Positions 18,643-28,574 of a DNA stretch of 64,000 nt are shown one piece after another. Location of the stretch: contig OZ252100.1 in the NCBI GenBank assembly GCA_965248435.1, positions 4,768,001 to 4,832,000 on the forward strand, read 5' to 3'. The stretch is from Candidatus Latescibacterota bacterium (GTDB lineage: Bacteria; Latescibacterota; UBA2968; GCA-2709665). The position numbers and the translations under genes were made by a program. The notes below the pieces were generated by a model. That model was not told the DNA's origin and searched no databases. It was given only the letters and a program-made list of their open reading frames with translations. The number at the start of each line of letters is the position of its first letter. Position 1 is the first letter of the stretch.

Positions 18643-20433
18643 ATGAGCATTTACATCGTGAGTTCTATTCTTGCGGTATTGATTTCGGCGGTGCCGGCCA
18701 TCGCCGGAACGCCGGATCGTCCCGACGAGACTTTGACGACGGTGTTGCGGGCTATTGGGCTGAACCCGGAAGACCTCTCTCAGAAGACGGATTATTATGA
18801 GGATCCATATCGCCTGGAAGTCACGAAACGCATCTTGAGGTGGCCTCCGGCCGGAAGCACCGTGGGCGACGAGATTTCAAGCGAGCTGGCAAGTCCAGCC
18901 GCTCCTCACGCGCTGGCGATGGCTCGGCGCCATCTGCGACTTTTGCCAAAGGAGACCCGTGACGAGCAGATCGATGGCCTGCCGCGGATAGGAACACTCC
19001 CGGATTCCTTCCAAAGCCTCCTGGAACAGTTCTTGATCGAAGTCAACCAGGTTCACGCACTCGTAAAAAGAGAGAGGGAGCGTTTTTCGGCGGAGGAACG
19101 GAGCCGGCTCCTGGATCTTTTGCAGCTCGTGGATCCGGATCGACAAAGTCGTGAGGCGGAGGCCGATTCGCTTCTGAGATTGGCCGGCCGGATCGACCTG
19201 GAGGCCATAACGGATGGCGCCCAAAGACTGCTTTCTGCACGAGACGCTTTCCTGGAGGGTCTTCAGCACCTGCCTCAGGGGGAGCCTCTTTTTGAAGGAG
19301 GACCGATCCACCTGACAACGGCAGCCGGCCCCGTGTGGATCGGGGGCCCGGGGGACGATGTCTACCGAGAACCCGGCGCAGTGATCGTAGATTTGGCTGG
19401 AAACGACCGATACGAGGCCGGTGCCGCTGCGACATCAGCAGCGCTGCCCGTCTCGATCGGGATCGATCTGGAAGGGTCCGATTTTTACGGGTCTTGTCAG
19501 GCCAGGGGAGGATTCGGGATCGGAATGCTTCTTGACGTAAGCGGGGATGACCGCTACTCGGGAGGCAAGGGGTGTCAGGGAAGCGGCATCGGAGGCATAG
19601 GAATCCTTGAAGATCGAAAGGGAAACGATCGGTATGAGTCCGAGTTGGGTTCCCAGGGGTTTGGGCTCGTTGGAATCGGTCTATTCAGCGATTGGGAAGG
19701 GGACGATGAATACCAGGGCGACCTGCTTGTCCAGGGGGCGGCCGGCCCAGGCGGTGTCGGCATCCTGCGTGATGGGTCCGGGAGCGACCGATATGGAGCA
19801 GGCGGGCGCTACGCCGACTTCAGAGAGGACGGGGCCTTCACCCAGAGCATGGCCCAGGGATTCGGGCTGGGGATTCGGCCGCTGGCATCTGGAGGGTTGG
19901 GCATTCTGCTGGAGATGGAAGGTGACGACATTTACGATGCCGGTTATTTCGCGCAGGGCTCGGCTCATTGGGCAGGTGCAGGGTTGCTGATCGACCGGAT
20001 GGGGAATGACGCTTACCAGGCCAGGCGATACGCCCAGGGTGCGGGGTCTCACATCTCTGTAGGGGTGCTCCTCGAAGCATCGGGGGACGACGTTTATGAT
20101 CTCTGGGGTGTGGGACAGGGCTGTGGACACGACCTGTCGGTCGGTCTGTTAGAGGATCGGGGAGGGAATGACCAGTACCGCTCGACCTGGATGGCTCAGG
20201 GGGTTGGCAATTCGAACGGCGTGGGTCTCCTGGACGATGGGTCCGGAGATGATCGGTACAGGGGCAAGCGTGCGGATACGCAGGGGTTTGGAAATGTGTC
20301 GCGAGGATACGGCAGCATCGGTTTGCTGCTGGACCGGGGCGGGTCAGACCAGTATGAAGGTAAGGGGGAGGATGGGCGAATCTGGGAAGGTGGGAGCTTG
20401 GGTGCGGGGATCGACTCGCCTCTAAAGGAGTAG
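18643..20433 (+). CDS. Secreted protein with about 13 Gly/Asp-rich repeats (L-x-D-x-x-G-D/N-D-x-Y)
   Basis: N-terminal signal peptide; repeats such as LLDVSGDDRY, LEDRKGNDRY, LIDRMGNDAY; AGGAGG RBS. Confidence 0.75.
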   Translation: MSIYIVSSILAVLISAVPAIAGTPDRPDETLTTVLRAIGLNPEDLSQKTDYYEDPYRLEVTKRILRWPPAGSTVGDEISSELASPAAPHALAMARRHLRLLPKETRDEQIDGLPRIGTLPDSFQSLLEQFLIEVNQVHALVKRERERFSAEERSRLLDLLQLVDPDRQSREAEADSLLRLAGRIDLEAITDGAQRLLSARDAFLEGLQHLPQGEPLFEGGPIHLTTAAGPVWIGGPGDDVYREPGAVIVDLAGNDRYEAGAAATSAALPVSIGIDLEGSDFYGSCQARGGFGIGMLLDVSGDDRYSGGKGCQGSGIGGIGILEDRKGNDRYESELGSQGFGLVGIGLFSDWEGDDEYQGDLLVQGAAGPGGVGILRDGSGSDRYGAGGRYADFREDGAFTQSMAQGFGLGIRPLASGGLGILLEMEGDDIYDAGYFAQGSAHWAGAGLLIDRMGNDAYQARRYAQGAGSHISVGVLLEASGDDVYDLWGVGQGCGHDLSVGLLEDRGGNDQYRSTWMAQGVGNSNGVGLLDDGSGDDRYRGKRADTQGFGNVSRGYGSIGLLLDRGGSDQYEGKGEDGRIWEGGSLGAGIDSPLKE

Positions 20434-20476
20434 TGTGTCCAGCAGCGACAGGCTTTGAACCAATGGGGTCCACCCG

Positions 20477-21355
20477 ATGGGTCTTCTTCTTATGGTGGGG
20501 GGCGTTCTGGTCGGTTATCTTTCCTTGTTGGAAGGTCCGGATACGGACGAACGCAGGAATGTCGTGGATCAGCTTACAGGACGCGGCGCAGAGGTTGTCG
20601 AACCCCTTTCTGCCGCTCTCGATCAGGTGGGATGGCGAGGGCGGGAAGAGATTCTGAAGATCCTGAGCCGTATCGGACCGGCCTCCCTTCCGGCACTGAT
20701 GAGAACGGCCCGATTTCACACGAGCGTCCACGCGAGGCGCGTCGCTTTCCGCGAAGCGGGCAAGGTCGGTGGAAGCGCCGCCCGAGATAGCCTGCTTGGT
20801 GCGCTCGAATCTGCTGAGCGCGACATCGTTATCGAGGCTCTGGGCGAGGCGGGGGACTCGACGGTGGTTCCTGTTCTGCGCCGTTTCTTGACGGATCCCA
20901 GCATCGATGTGCGCCGAAGGGCCGTGATCGCCGTCGGAAGGGTTGGGGGCGCAGGCGCTGTAAGCCCGTTGATCGATGCGCTTTCAGACGAGCATTTCAG
21001 CGTGCGATTCGCAGCAGCCGGACGCCTCGAAGAGATCGGGGATGCGGCGGCGGCCGCACTTGCAGATCGAATGGATGAATCATCCTGCACCACGACACAG
21101 GGATTGTCCAGTTCGGCACACTATCTGGCCATCCGCGTGTTGGGACGTCTAAAACATGAGGCAGGGAGACCCATTCTGGAGCGCGCCTTGAGCGCTGAAG
21201 ACTGGTCTCTTCGCGCAGCCGCCGCGAACGCGCTTGGCAGTCTTGGGAGCAGCTTTTCCATTGGGCGTCTCGAAGCGGCGCTCGAACGTGAGACCCATCC
21301 TTTCGTTCGGGCCCAGATTCGGGACGCACTTGATCGTCGAGGCAACTCAGAGTGA
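20477..21355 (+). CDS. HEAT/PBS-lyase repeat protein with N-terminal hydrophobic anchor
   Basis: Repeated L.D....VR..A..ALG motifs. Confidence 0.8.
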   Translation: MGLLLMVGGVLVGYLSLLEGPDTDERRNVVDQLTGRGAEVVEPLSAALDQVGWRGREEILKILSRIGPASLPALMRTARFHTSVHARRVAFREAGKVGGSAARDSLLGALESAERDIVIEALGEAGDSTVVPVLRRFLTDPSIDVRRRAVIAVGRVGGAGAVSPLIDALSDEHFSVRFAAAGRLEEIGDAAAAALADRMDESSCTTTQGLSSSAHYLAIRVLGRLKHEAGRPILERALSAEDWSLRAAAANALGSLGSSFSIGRLEAALERETHPFVRAQIRDALDRRGNSE

Positions 21356-23691
21356 ATCATACTCTTCCCAGATTCGAGGTTTCGGGCAAAACGTTCGGGC
21401 AGGCTGTGTTCGGGGGTATCCTATTTCTGTCCCTGATAGTACCCCTGATCTTTTCGACGGCATTCTATAGCTATTCCACGCCCAAGCTCGTCATCCTGCA
21501 GGTAGGGATGGTGCTGCTTGCAGTACTCTGGGTTGTCGGGATGGTATTGGATGGTGAGATCTTCCTGATCGATACCCCGCTTTATTTCATCTTTTTCGCC
21601 TTTCTGGCCGTTCATCTGATCTCCCTTTTCCAATCCTACAACGTCTTCAGGGGTCTGGACGCACTCTTCCAGTACTTCTGCTATTTCCTGATTCCGGTAC
21701 TTGTCTTTCACACGGTGCGATCAAAGCGGCAGTTGTTGCTTCTCGCCGGTGTGATGGCACTCACGGGAACGATCGTCGCAACGATCGGCCTACTCCAGCA
21801 CAACGGGGTCTACAAGTTCTCCTATCCCTGGAATGTACCCGTCTCTACGATCGGCAATGTCAATTTCGTCGCCGAATACTACAATGTTGTCTTTCCCATC
21901 TCACTGGTTCTCATCCTGGCTTACAGGAACATTCTTCTAAAATGCGCGGCCGTCCTTGCCTGTTTCCTGATGGCTTGTCATCTGGTCGTTTTGGGAAGCA
22001 GGGGTGGATGGCTGGGGTGCATCGTTTCGCTTTCCATTTTTGGTATTGCCGCAATGCTTCGCCACTACCGCGTGGGGCGCAGGATCGTGGAGGTCGTATG
22101 TGTTCCCGTGATCGTACTCGTGATGAGCTGGCCGGTGATCGGCAGCATGATGTCGAGTATTCAGGTTGGCCCAAACCAAAGGCTCGAGTCGCTGGCCGGG
22201 GATTACTGGAATCGGATCGCGGGTCGTACCGAAGATGCACTGAAATTGCAGGACGATTCCAGCCGGCAGCGCGTCTACCTGTGGGAGGATACATTCAGAA
22301 TGATTTTTGACCGGCCTGTGGTCGGTGTAGGTGTCGGGAACTTCGAATACAACATTCCTCGCTACATGAGCCGTCGGGCACTTGAAGTCAAAATGCGGAT
22401 GGAAAAGGAAGTCGGCAGCCCACTCATGCCATTCAGGGCGCATAATGAGTACCTGGAGGTTTGGGCTGAAACCGGAATCCTGGGTCTGGGTGTCTTTTTC
22501 CTTTTGTTGTATCAGGTGGCTAAGACGCTATACAAGCAGTTCAAGCGCTATGTAGAAGGAGATGGGGACCTCCTCAGCGTGGGGCTCGCTGCTGCGTTCT
22601 CAGCGACGTTGGCTCATTCATTTTTCAGTACGAACTTACAGGATCCAGCCTCGGCTTTGCACTTCTGGATTGTTGTGGGCATGATTTGGTCGTTGAAGTT
22701 CAACGCCGAAGGAGAAGAACGCATCGGTTTACTCGTGACGGATGCGGGTAAGGTTACCTTCGGCGTCATATCCGCCGGTGGCATTGCGTGGATCGCCACC
22801 CTCGTCTTCGGCGTCCAGACACTGCTCGGAGACCACCGCTACCACATCGGCATGCTCTACTTTGGACAGCGAGCCTATGCTCAGGCCGCTGATCATCTGG
22901 AAAGGGCATTGCGATACCCCTATCCAGGGTCTTTCGCTGTGTCCCAGGCCCTTGGTATGGCTCACTACAACCAGGGGCAGTGGAATGAGGCGGTTCGTGC
23001 CTTTCGGTCGAGCCTCATCGGACATCCGAACGCTACTCGCGCACATTATTATCTGGGGATTTCCCTGGGGAAGCTGAAACAGCACGAAAAGGCCATCCGT
23101 CATCTTCGTCGCGCAGTCGAATTGAATCCACTCATGGCAGGTTTTCATCTGGAGCTTGGGAGTGTGCTGGGTGAAGCCGGAGATTCTGAGGAGGCCATAC
23201 GGGAATTGGAGACGGCGGTCCGTCTGGATCCGAACTCACCCCAGGCACACCACCTGCTTGGCTTGGCGCGGAAAGGCGCGGGCGATCTTGATAGTGCAGT
23301 GAAAGCTTATCAGAAGGCCCTGGAGTTCGACGCTCGGGACGCTGAAGTCTTGAATAGTCTTGCCGTGGTCTATGTAGAACTGGAACGATTCAGTTCCGCC
23401 GGTCAGATCTTCCGGTCGCTCGCTGAAGATTGGCCGGACCGGCCTCAATATCGCGTAAATCTGGCCGTGGTCCTGCTCAACACCGGGCAACACGGAGCGG
23501 CTCTGGCCTCGTGCAAGAAGGCCCTGGAGATGGATCCCGAATACGCGAGCGCGTATGCAGTGATGGGTTCCGTATATGAGTCTCAAGGAGACCTGACAAA
23601 GGCCCGATGGGCATACCGGGAGGCACTCGGGCGCAACCCGGATGACCAGGTATTTCGGAACTCTTTGAGGGTATTAGAGGGAGCGCCATAG
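21352..23691 (+). CDS. O-antigen ligase/Wzy_C-like membrane protein with C-terminal TPRs
   Basis: STIGNVNF, GSRGGW, GVGVGNF, RAHNEYL..W.ETG..G; multiple TPR helices. Confidence 0.85.
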   Translation: MNHTLPRFEVSGKTFGQAVFGGILFLSLIVPLIFSTAFYSYSTPKLVILQVGMVLLAVLWVVGMVLDGEIFLIDTPLYFIFFAFLAVHLISLFQSYNVFRGLDALFQYFCYFLIPVLVFHTVRSKRQLLLLAGVMALTGTIVATIGLLQHNGVYKFSYPWNVPVSTIGNVNFVAEYYNVVFPISLVLILAYRNILLKCAAVLACFLMACHLVVLGSRGGWLGCIVSLSIFGIAAMLRHYRVGRRIVEVVCVPVIVLVMSWPVIGSMMSSIQVGPNQRLESLAGDYWNRIAGRTEDALKLQDDSSRQRVYLWEDTFRMIFDRPVVGVGVGNFEYNIPRYMSRRALEVKMRMEKEVGSPLMPFRAHNEYLEVWAETGILGLGVFFLLLYQVAKTLYKQFKRYVEGDGDLLSVGLAAAFSATLAHSFFSTNLQDPASALHFWIVVGMIWSLKFNAEGEERIGLLVTDAGKVTFGVISAGGIAWIATLVFGVQTLLGDHRYHIGMLYFGQRAYAQAADHLERALRYPYPGSFAVSQALGMAHYNQGQWNEAVRAFRSSLIGHPNATRAHYYLGISLGKLKQHEKAIRHLRRAVELNPLMAGFHLELGSVLGEAGDSEEAIRELETAVRLDPNSPQAHHLLGLARKGAGDLDSAVKAYQKALEFDARDAEVLNSLAVVYVELERFSSAGQIFRSLAEDWPDRPQYRVNLAVVLLNTGQHGAALASCKKALEMDPEYASAYAVMGSVYESQGDLTKARWAYREALGRNPDDQVFRNSLRVLEGAP

Positions 23692-23719
23692 GAGAAGCCG
23701 TGGCGCAACGGAGGGCTCG

Positions 23720-23884
23720 ATGTATCCGGACGATCCCCGGCAGAGTCTATCGGAGGAAGAGCGGCGGCGTCCTTCGCAGATCCTGCTCGTCCTTATGGCA
23801 GTAGGGATTGCGGTGGCCGTGACCCTTCTAGCGGGACTTCTGCTTTATCTATCTGAGATTTTCAGGGCGAAGCCGCTTGGGTAG
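23720..23884 (+). CDS. 54-aa single-pass membrane microprotein (below ORF-track cutoff)
   Basis: MYPDDPRQSLSEEERRRPSQILLVLMAVGIAVAVTLLAGLLLYLSEIFRAKPLG*; GGAGG directly upstream. Confidence 0.6.
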   Translation: MYPDDPRQSLSEEERRRPSQILLVLMAVGIAVAVTLLAGLLLYLSEIFRAKPLG

Positions 23885-23885
23885 A

Positions 23886-23985
23886 AGCCGTGAATCGTGG
23901 ATCGTGAATCACTGAAAGAATCACGGAAGATCACGGAAAAGAATCACGAAGGGTCACGGAAAAGAATCACGAAGGGTCACGGAAT
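23886..23985 (+). repeat. Mixed ATCGTG(G/A) and TCACG(G/A)AA tandem repeats
   Basis: TCACGGAAAAGAATCACGAAGGG occurs twice in tandem plus partial copies. Confidence 0.8.
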
Positions 23986-24007
23986 TAGGCGACAGTGGGG
24001 CCTATCC

Positions 24008-24062
24008 GCGCGGGAATGAATTCCCGCGCTGCAAGACCGGGAAGTCCGCCCGTTGGACGGGC
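24008..24062. repeat. REP-like double hairpin between convergent genes
   Basis: GCGCGGGAA-TGAA-TTCCCGCGC and GCCCGT-TGG-ACGGGC. Confidence 0.65.
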
Positions 24063-24127
24063 TCGCTCGTTGGATCGAGGATCGGAAGACCTACGTATAT
24101 CTATAGACCGCCGGAGAGGATGAAATG

Positions 24128-24877
24128 TCAATAGGTGGCCCGGCCTCCGCTGATGTCATAACACTGTCCGGTTGTAAAGGAGGCATCGTCGGAAACGAGA
24201 AAGTGAATCAGGGCAGCGACTTCTTCCTTCTTCCCAAGGCGACCCATCGGGATCTTTGAGATCAGAAAATCCCTCCGTTCCTGATTCAAGCTCTCGGTGA
24301 GCGGCGTCTCGATGAGTGCCGGAGCCACACAGTTGACCCGGATGCCGAAGGGGAGCACTTCCTTTGCGAGGGCCTTGGTGAAACAGATGACACCCGCCTT
24401 GGAGACCGAATAAGGCACCATGTTCGCGTTCCCCTCTTTCCCGGATATCGAGGCCATGGACGCGATCGCGCCCTTTTTCTGTTCGATCATGTGGCGTACG
24501 ACGGCACGGGAGCATAAGAAAACCCCCTTCAGGTTTATGTCCAGGACGCGATTCCAATCTTCTTCCTGAAGCTCCCAAACAGGCGCGTCTACCCCGATAA
24601 TACCGGCATTGTTGACCAGGATGTCGACCCGACTCCACCGGTCCACAAGGTCCGCGACAAAGCGATCTACCTCCACGCTCGAAGCAACGTCCGCAATGAT
24701 CGGCAGTGCGGACTCCCCGATCCCCACGGCAGCGGCCTCCGCGGCACTCGCATCGATATCCACGACAGCCACTCGGGCTCCCGCGTTCGAGAGACGTTGA
24801 GCGATGGTCAGCCCGATCCCTTGACCAGCGCCCGTCACGATCGCCGTGCGACCGCTAAGATTTCCTTCTGACGACAT
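24128..24877 (-). CDS. Classical short-chain dehydrogenase/reductase (FabG-like)
   Basis: TGAGQGIG, NNAG, YSVSK. Confidence 0.92.
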   Translation of the reverse strand: MSSEGNLSGRTAIVTGAGQGIGLTIAQRLSNAGARVAVVDIDASAAEAAAVGIGESALPIIADVASSVEVDRFVADLVDRWSRVDILVNNAGIIGVDAPVWELQEEDWNRVLDINLKGVFLCSRAVVRHMIEQKKGAIASMASISGKEGNANMVPYSVSKAGVICFTKALAKEVLPFGIRVNCVAPALIETPLTESLNQERRDFLISKIPMGRLGKKEEVAALIHFLVSDDASFTTGQCYDISGGRATY

Positions 24878-24927
24878 TCGAGATCCTCCACGTTTGAAGG
24901 CAGGATTGAGGACTGCGGTGCCGACTG

Positions 24928-26040
24928 TCAGACTTTCGAGAGATCCGGCTCGAGCAGGAAGTCGGCCAACTTTCTTCCCGAACGAGAAAAGGCATATTCA
25001 GCGAGTTCTTCGGGCAGCACCCAACGCACGTCCTCACAGCCGAGAGGCCGTGTCCTTCCGCGTTGGTAGGTGCACTGGAAGGCGTGCATCGTCACACTGA
25101 AATGGGTAAAGGCCTGTTTTATCTTGCGAAAACGGCTCTTGATCTCTGCCTCTACGCCGGTCGCTTCGCGAATCGCACGAAGGCAACAGGATTTCAGACT
25201 CTCGCGGGCCTTCTGCCGTGCGGAGGGAAACTCCCAGAGCCCTCCCAGCAGACCATCTTCCGGGCGACGGGCAATCAAGACCTTTCCCCGGCGCCAGACG
25301 ATGCCCACGCCCGAAGTATGATGGGGACGGATCTTCCTGTTCTGCTTTCTGGGAAAGGAAACCGGATTACCCGACCGAAAGGCAACACAATTTCTGGTGA
25401 GCGGGCAGTGGGTACAGTCCGGAGATTTCGGTCGGCAAACTGTCGCCCCCAGTTCCATCAATGCCTGGTTGAATGCGCCCGCCTTTCCGGATGGCAGCAG
25501 CGACTCCGCGAGTCCCCAAAGTTCCTTCTCCACACTCTCAGAAATTCCAAAAATCCGGCACAGGACACGCTTCACGTTTCCGTCGACAACGGCGTGGTCT
25601 GCGTTGAAAGCGATACTCAGCACCGCGGCTGTCGTGTATGGTCCGAAGCCCGGCAGGCTAGACAGATTGTCGTAGGCCTCTGGAACGCATCCGCCGAACC
25701 GTTCCACAATCTGCTTCGCCGAGCGATGAAGGTTGCGGGCCCTCGCGTAGTAACCCAGGCCCTCCCAGGATTTCAGGATGTCTGACTGAGTAGCGGCGGC
25801 GAGGGTCTGGACGTTGGGGAACCGACTCAAAAAGCGATGGTAGTAGGGAATGACGGTTTCCACCTGGGTTTGCTGAAGCATGAACTCGGCGATCAGGATG
25901 CAGTAGGGGTCGGAGGTGCGCCGCCAGGGCAGATCACGCCCGTTTCCACGGTACCAGCGCAAGAGGCTTCTCCGAATGGCGGTCCGTTTCCCTGATTCCA
26001 GCCGGATCTTCGATCCCAAGACGAGTCCCCTCCGTCTCAA
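24928..26040 (-). CDS. mutY: A/G-specific adenine DNA glycosylase
   Basis: RDLPWR, MLQQTQV, WEGLGYYARARNL, HhH LPGFGPYT, Fe-S cysteines, C-terminal NUDIX-like GLWEFP. Confidence 0.96.
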   Translation of the reverse strand: MRRRGLVLGSKIRLESGKRTAIRRSLLRWYRGNGRDLPWRRTSDPYCILIAEFMLQQTQVETVIPYYHRFLSRFPNVQTLAAATQSDILKSWEGLGYYARARNLHRSAKQIVERFGGCVPEAYDNLSSLPGFGPYTTAAVLSIAFNADHAVVDGNVKRVLCRIFGISESVEKELWGLAESLLPSGKAGAFNQALMELGATVCRPKSPDCTHCPLTRNCVAFRSGNPVSFPRKQNRKIRPHHTSGVGIVWRRGKVLIARRPEDGLLGGLWEFPSARQKARESLKSCCLRAIREATGVEAEIKSRFRKIKQAFTHFSVTMHAFQCTYQRGRTRPLGCEDVRWVLPEELAEYAFSRSGRKLADFLLEPDLSKV

Positions 26041-28232
26041 TCTGAGGTGAGGGAGGCCAGGCGTTCCTTCAGGAGGTTCAGGGCGCGTGGATCACCCTTC
26101 CAGTTGTCGATGAAGGATCTGTAGGTGGCGGCTGCGCTTTCCCGATCGCCTCTAAGTGAGTAGAGATCTCCGAGGCTCACCGCGGCAACAAGGTAGCCTG
26201 GGTCCTGCTCCAACGCCAGCGTGAAGAGTTGGACCGCGAGGTCCAGACGCCGCTGGGCCAGGTGAAGCAGGCCCACTTTGTGCATCGCCCTCGAGTTTTG
26301 AGGATCGTCGTGAAGGAGAATCGTGTACTGCGCGATCGCCCTCTCTGTGTCACCAGAGGCTTCATATGCGGCGGCAAGAGCGTAGCGGAACTCCTTGCGA
26401 TCCGGGTCTCTTCGGACGCCCTGTTCGAAGGCCAAAATGGCCTCTTCGAACCTCTGCATTCCCTGGTAGGCCATGCCGGTGTGGTAAAGGCTTTCTACGT
26501 GCTTCGGATTCAACCGCCGGAGTCTGTCGAGGGTCTCAAGAGATTTGTCGAACGCTCCCACGGCGTTGAACACCATACCGAGGTTGTTGAGTGCATTGAT
26601 GAAGTGAGGATGGTAGTCCAGGCATGCCACGTTGTCCGAAATCGCGCTGGCGTGATCTCCGGTGTAGAAGTGTGCGACCCCGCGCAAGACGAGGACCTGG
26701 GGGTCGAAAACGCCGTGATGCAACGCGGAAGTAGATTCTCTGATGACACCGTTCCAGTCCAGCCGATTCACGTAGGCGTCCGCCCTGGCGTGATGCCCAT
26801 CGAATGCGACTGCGCGTCCGGTCATCCAGACGCAGAGCGGCATCAGGAGAATCCCGCAGATGGCAGTTGCCTTCAAATGTCCAGAGTGCACGCTTCGCCG
26901 CGGTCGAGTTTGGGCATCCAGGACAGCGATGAAGGCCAAAACGATCCAGAAGAGCATGGACGGTGAGATCCGTTCCCTTGGGAAACTTACGAAGGCGTGA
27001 CTCATCAACGCGAGAAGAGAGACGCAGAGGAAGACAGGGACCCAAAACGCGAATCGTGCCTTTGCCTGGACCGCAAGCTTCAGGCTGGTGAAGACGCCTG
27101 TGCCGATGAGCCATAGAAAGACGAAGAGACCCAGAAGTCCCAACTCGGAGGCGATCCACAGGTAGTCGTTATGAGGCCGCCGGGGTGTGGCGCCCTTCCA
27201 GACCACCTGACCCTGATCATACAGCGGGTAGTTGAACTGCCAGTTTCCGATGCCGACACCGGCGGGATGATCGCCCACCATCTCGACTGTATTGCGCCAG
27301 AGATTCAGGCGGTGTTTGTCGCTGCCCTTTTCGAACATCGAGGTCACACTCTCCGCAACGCCGACCTTTTCCGGGCTGTGTCGCTCATATCCGAACTCAC
27401 CCATGGAAGGGGGAACGAGCCAGGAGAATCCGAGGACCAGGAACAGACCCGCGACGGCGACTGCCGACTTCTCTCGTGACCAGAGAGGAGAGTCGCTCCT
27501 TGCTGATGGGTAACGGTTCGACAGCTTGAGTCCAACCGCGAAGAGAACCCCGAGAACGCAGGCCAGGAGGAGTCCGATCCAGGCGCCTCTTGTTCGTGTG
27601 GCGGTCAAGAACGTGAGCATCAGGGCGAGCGCCAGGCCCCAACAGCAGCTCTCCGATGTCGAGCGGGCGCGCAGAAACAGGAGGGCCCCCAACGGGATGG
27701 AGATGATCATCACCATGGCGGCGAAGTTGCGGTAGCCCAGTGTCGCACTGGGAAGGCCCGACGATGGGACCTCCAGGAATCCCCAGCCCGCGTACTGCAT
27801 CAATCCTATCCAGGCCACGATTGCAGCTGGAGCGACGACGGCCCAGAGGTAGCTGAAGAGGTCCCCGCCCGTAACGCGGTTCAGAATCGCCAGGAACAAA
27901 AGGCTGAGGGTGACCTGATGAGAGAGCTGGAGCAGGGCCTCCACACGATTGACTGCCAGGCTGATCGACAGGATAGCGAGGACCAGATAGAGGACGACGG
28001 GAAGGACGAAGGGCGAGCTGGGCAAGGAATGCCGTTGTCGCGGAAGAGAGGTGATCCAGAGGCAGAACACGCCGGCCTGCAGGACGAGCAGCTTCGGGTA
28101 GTATGCAACGAAGGCCGTTTCCCTCAGAAAGTCAAAGCGTAGCAGATCGACCAGAGGAACGAGCGCGACCATCGCCAGGAAACAGAGGTGGAATGGCCCA
28201 TGGAAATGGAAAGGACCGCCGCCTTTTGCCAA
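26037..28232 (-). CDS. O-antigen ligase/Wzy_C-like membrane protein with C-terminal TPRs (paralogue)
   Basis: ATLGYRNF, TRTRGAW, GVGIGNW, RPHNDYLW..SELG..G; TPRs. Confidence 0.85.
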   Translation of the reverse strand: MAKGGGPFHFHGPFHLCFLAMVALVPLVDLLRFDFLRETAFVAYYPKLLVLQAGVFCLWITSLPRQRHSLPSSPFVLPVVLYLVLAILSISLAVNRVEALLQLSHQVTLSLLFLAILNRVTGGDLFSYLWAVVAPAAIVAWIGLMQYAGWGFLEVPSSGLPSATLGYRNFAAMVMIISIPLGALLFLRARSTSESCCWGLALALMLTFLTATRTRGAWIGLLLACVLGVLFAVGLKLSNRYPSARSDSPLWSREKSAVAVAGLFLVLGFSWLVPPSMGEFGYERHSPEKVGVAESVTSMFEKGSDKHRLNLWRNTVEMVGDHPAGVGIGNWQFNYPLYDQGQVVWKGATPRRPHNDYLWIASELGLLGLFVFLWLIGTGVFTSLKLAVQAKARFAFWVPVFLCVSLLALMSHAFVSFPRERISPSMLFWIVLAFIAVLDAQTRPRRSVHSGHLKATAICGILLMPLCVWMTGRAVAFDGHHARADAYVNRLDWNGVIRESTSALHHGVFDPQVLVLRGVAHFYTGDHASAISDNVACLDYHPHFINALNNLGMVFNAVGAFDKSLETLDRLRRLNPKHVESLYHTGMAYQGMQRFEEAILAFEQGVRRDPDRKEFRYALAAAYEASGDTERAIAQYTILLHDDPQNSRAMHKVGLLHLAQRRLDLAVQLFTLALEQDPGYLVAAVSLGDLYSLRGDRESAAATYRSFIDNWKGDPRALNLLKERLASLTSD

Positions 28233-28244
28233 CCATCTTGGTGC

Positions 28245-28574
28245 CTACGCCTTCTGCCGTCTGGATTCAGCGATTTCGTTGGCGTGTCGTGTAACGACCT
28301 CTTTAGGACTGGAGCGGATCAGGGTCCTCAAGGCAAGCAGGAAGATGATGATGTCTTCACCGAAACCGAGGTGGAGGACAAAGGCCTCAGGGATCAGGTC
28401 GAGCGGGGAGGCAGCATAGAGGACCGCCCCAACGACGATCAGTTTGAGGTACCGGGGGACGCCGGGGTCCTTCATCAGGCGCCAGGAGAGCCTGATATAC
28501 TGCGGCAGGCGAAGGATGATAGAGAGGAAATCACGGAAATTTCTTATCGCCTGCTGGAGGAGGAAGGGTCTCAC
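28245..28574 (-). CDS. DUF1232/YkvA family small membrane protein
   Basis: DPGVP...K......LY..SPLDLIPE....LGFGED; GTG start overlapping the upstream stop (GTGA). Confidence 0.8.
   Translation of the reverse strand: MRPFLLQQAIRNFRDFLSIILRLPQYIRLSWRLMKDPGVPRYLKLIVVGAVLYAASPLDLIPEAFVLHLGFGEDIIIFLLALRTLIRSSPKEVVTRHANEIAESRRQKA

Noticed and set aside
20433-20520. Possible frameshift at the start of the HEAT gene
   Set aside because: ATG 20477 already gives a plausible hydrophobic N-terminus; cannot be judged without homologues.
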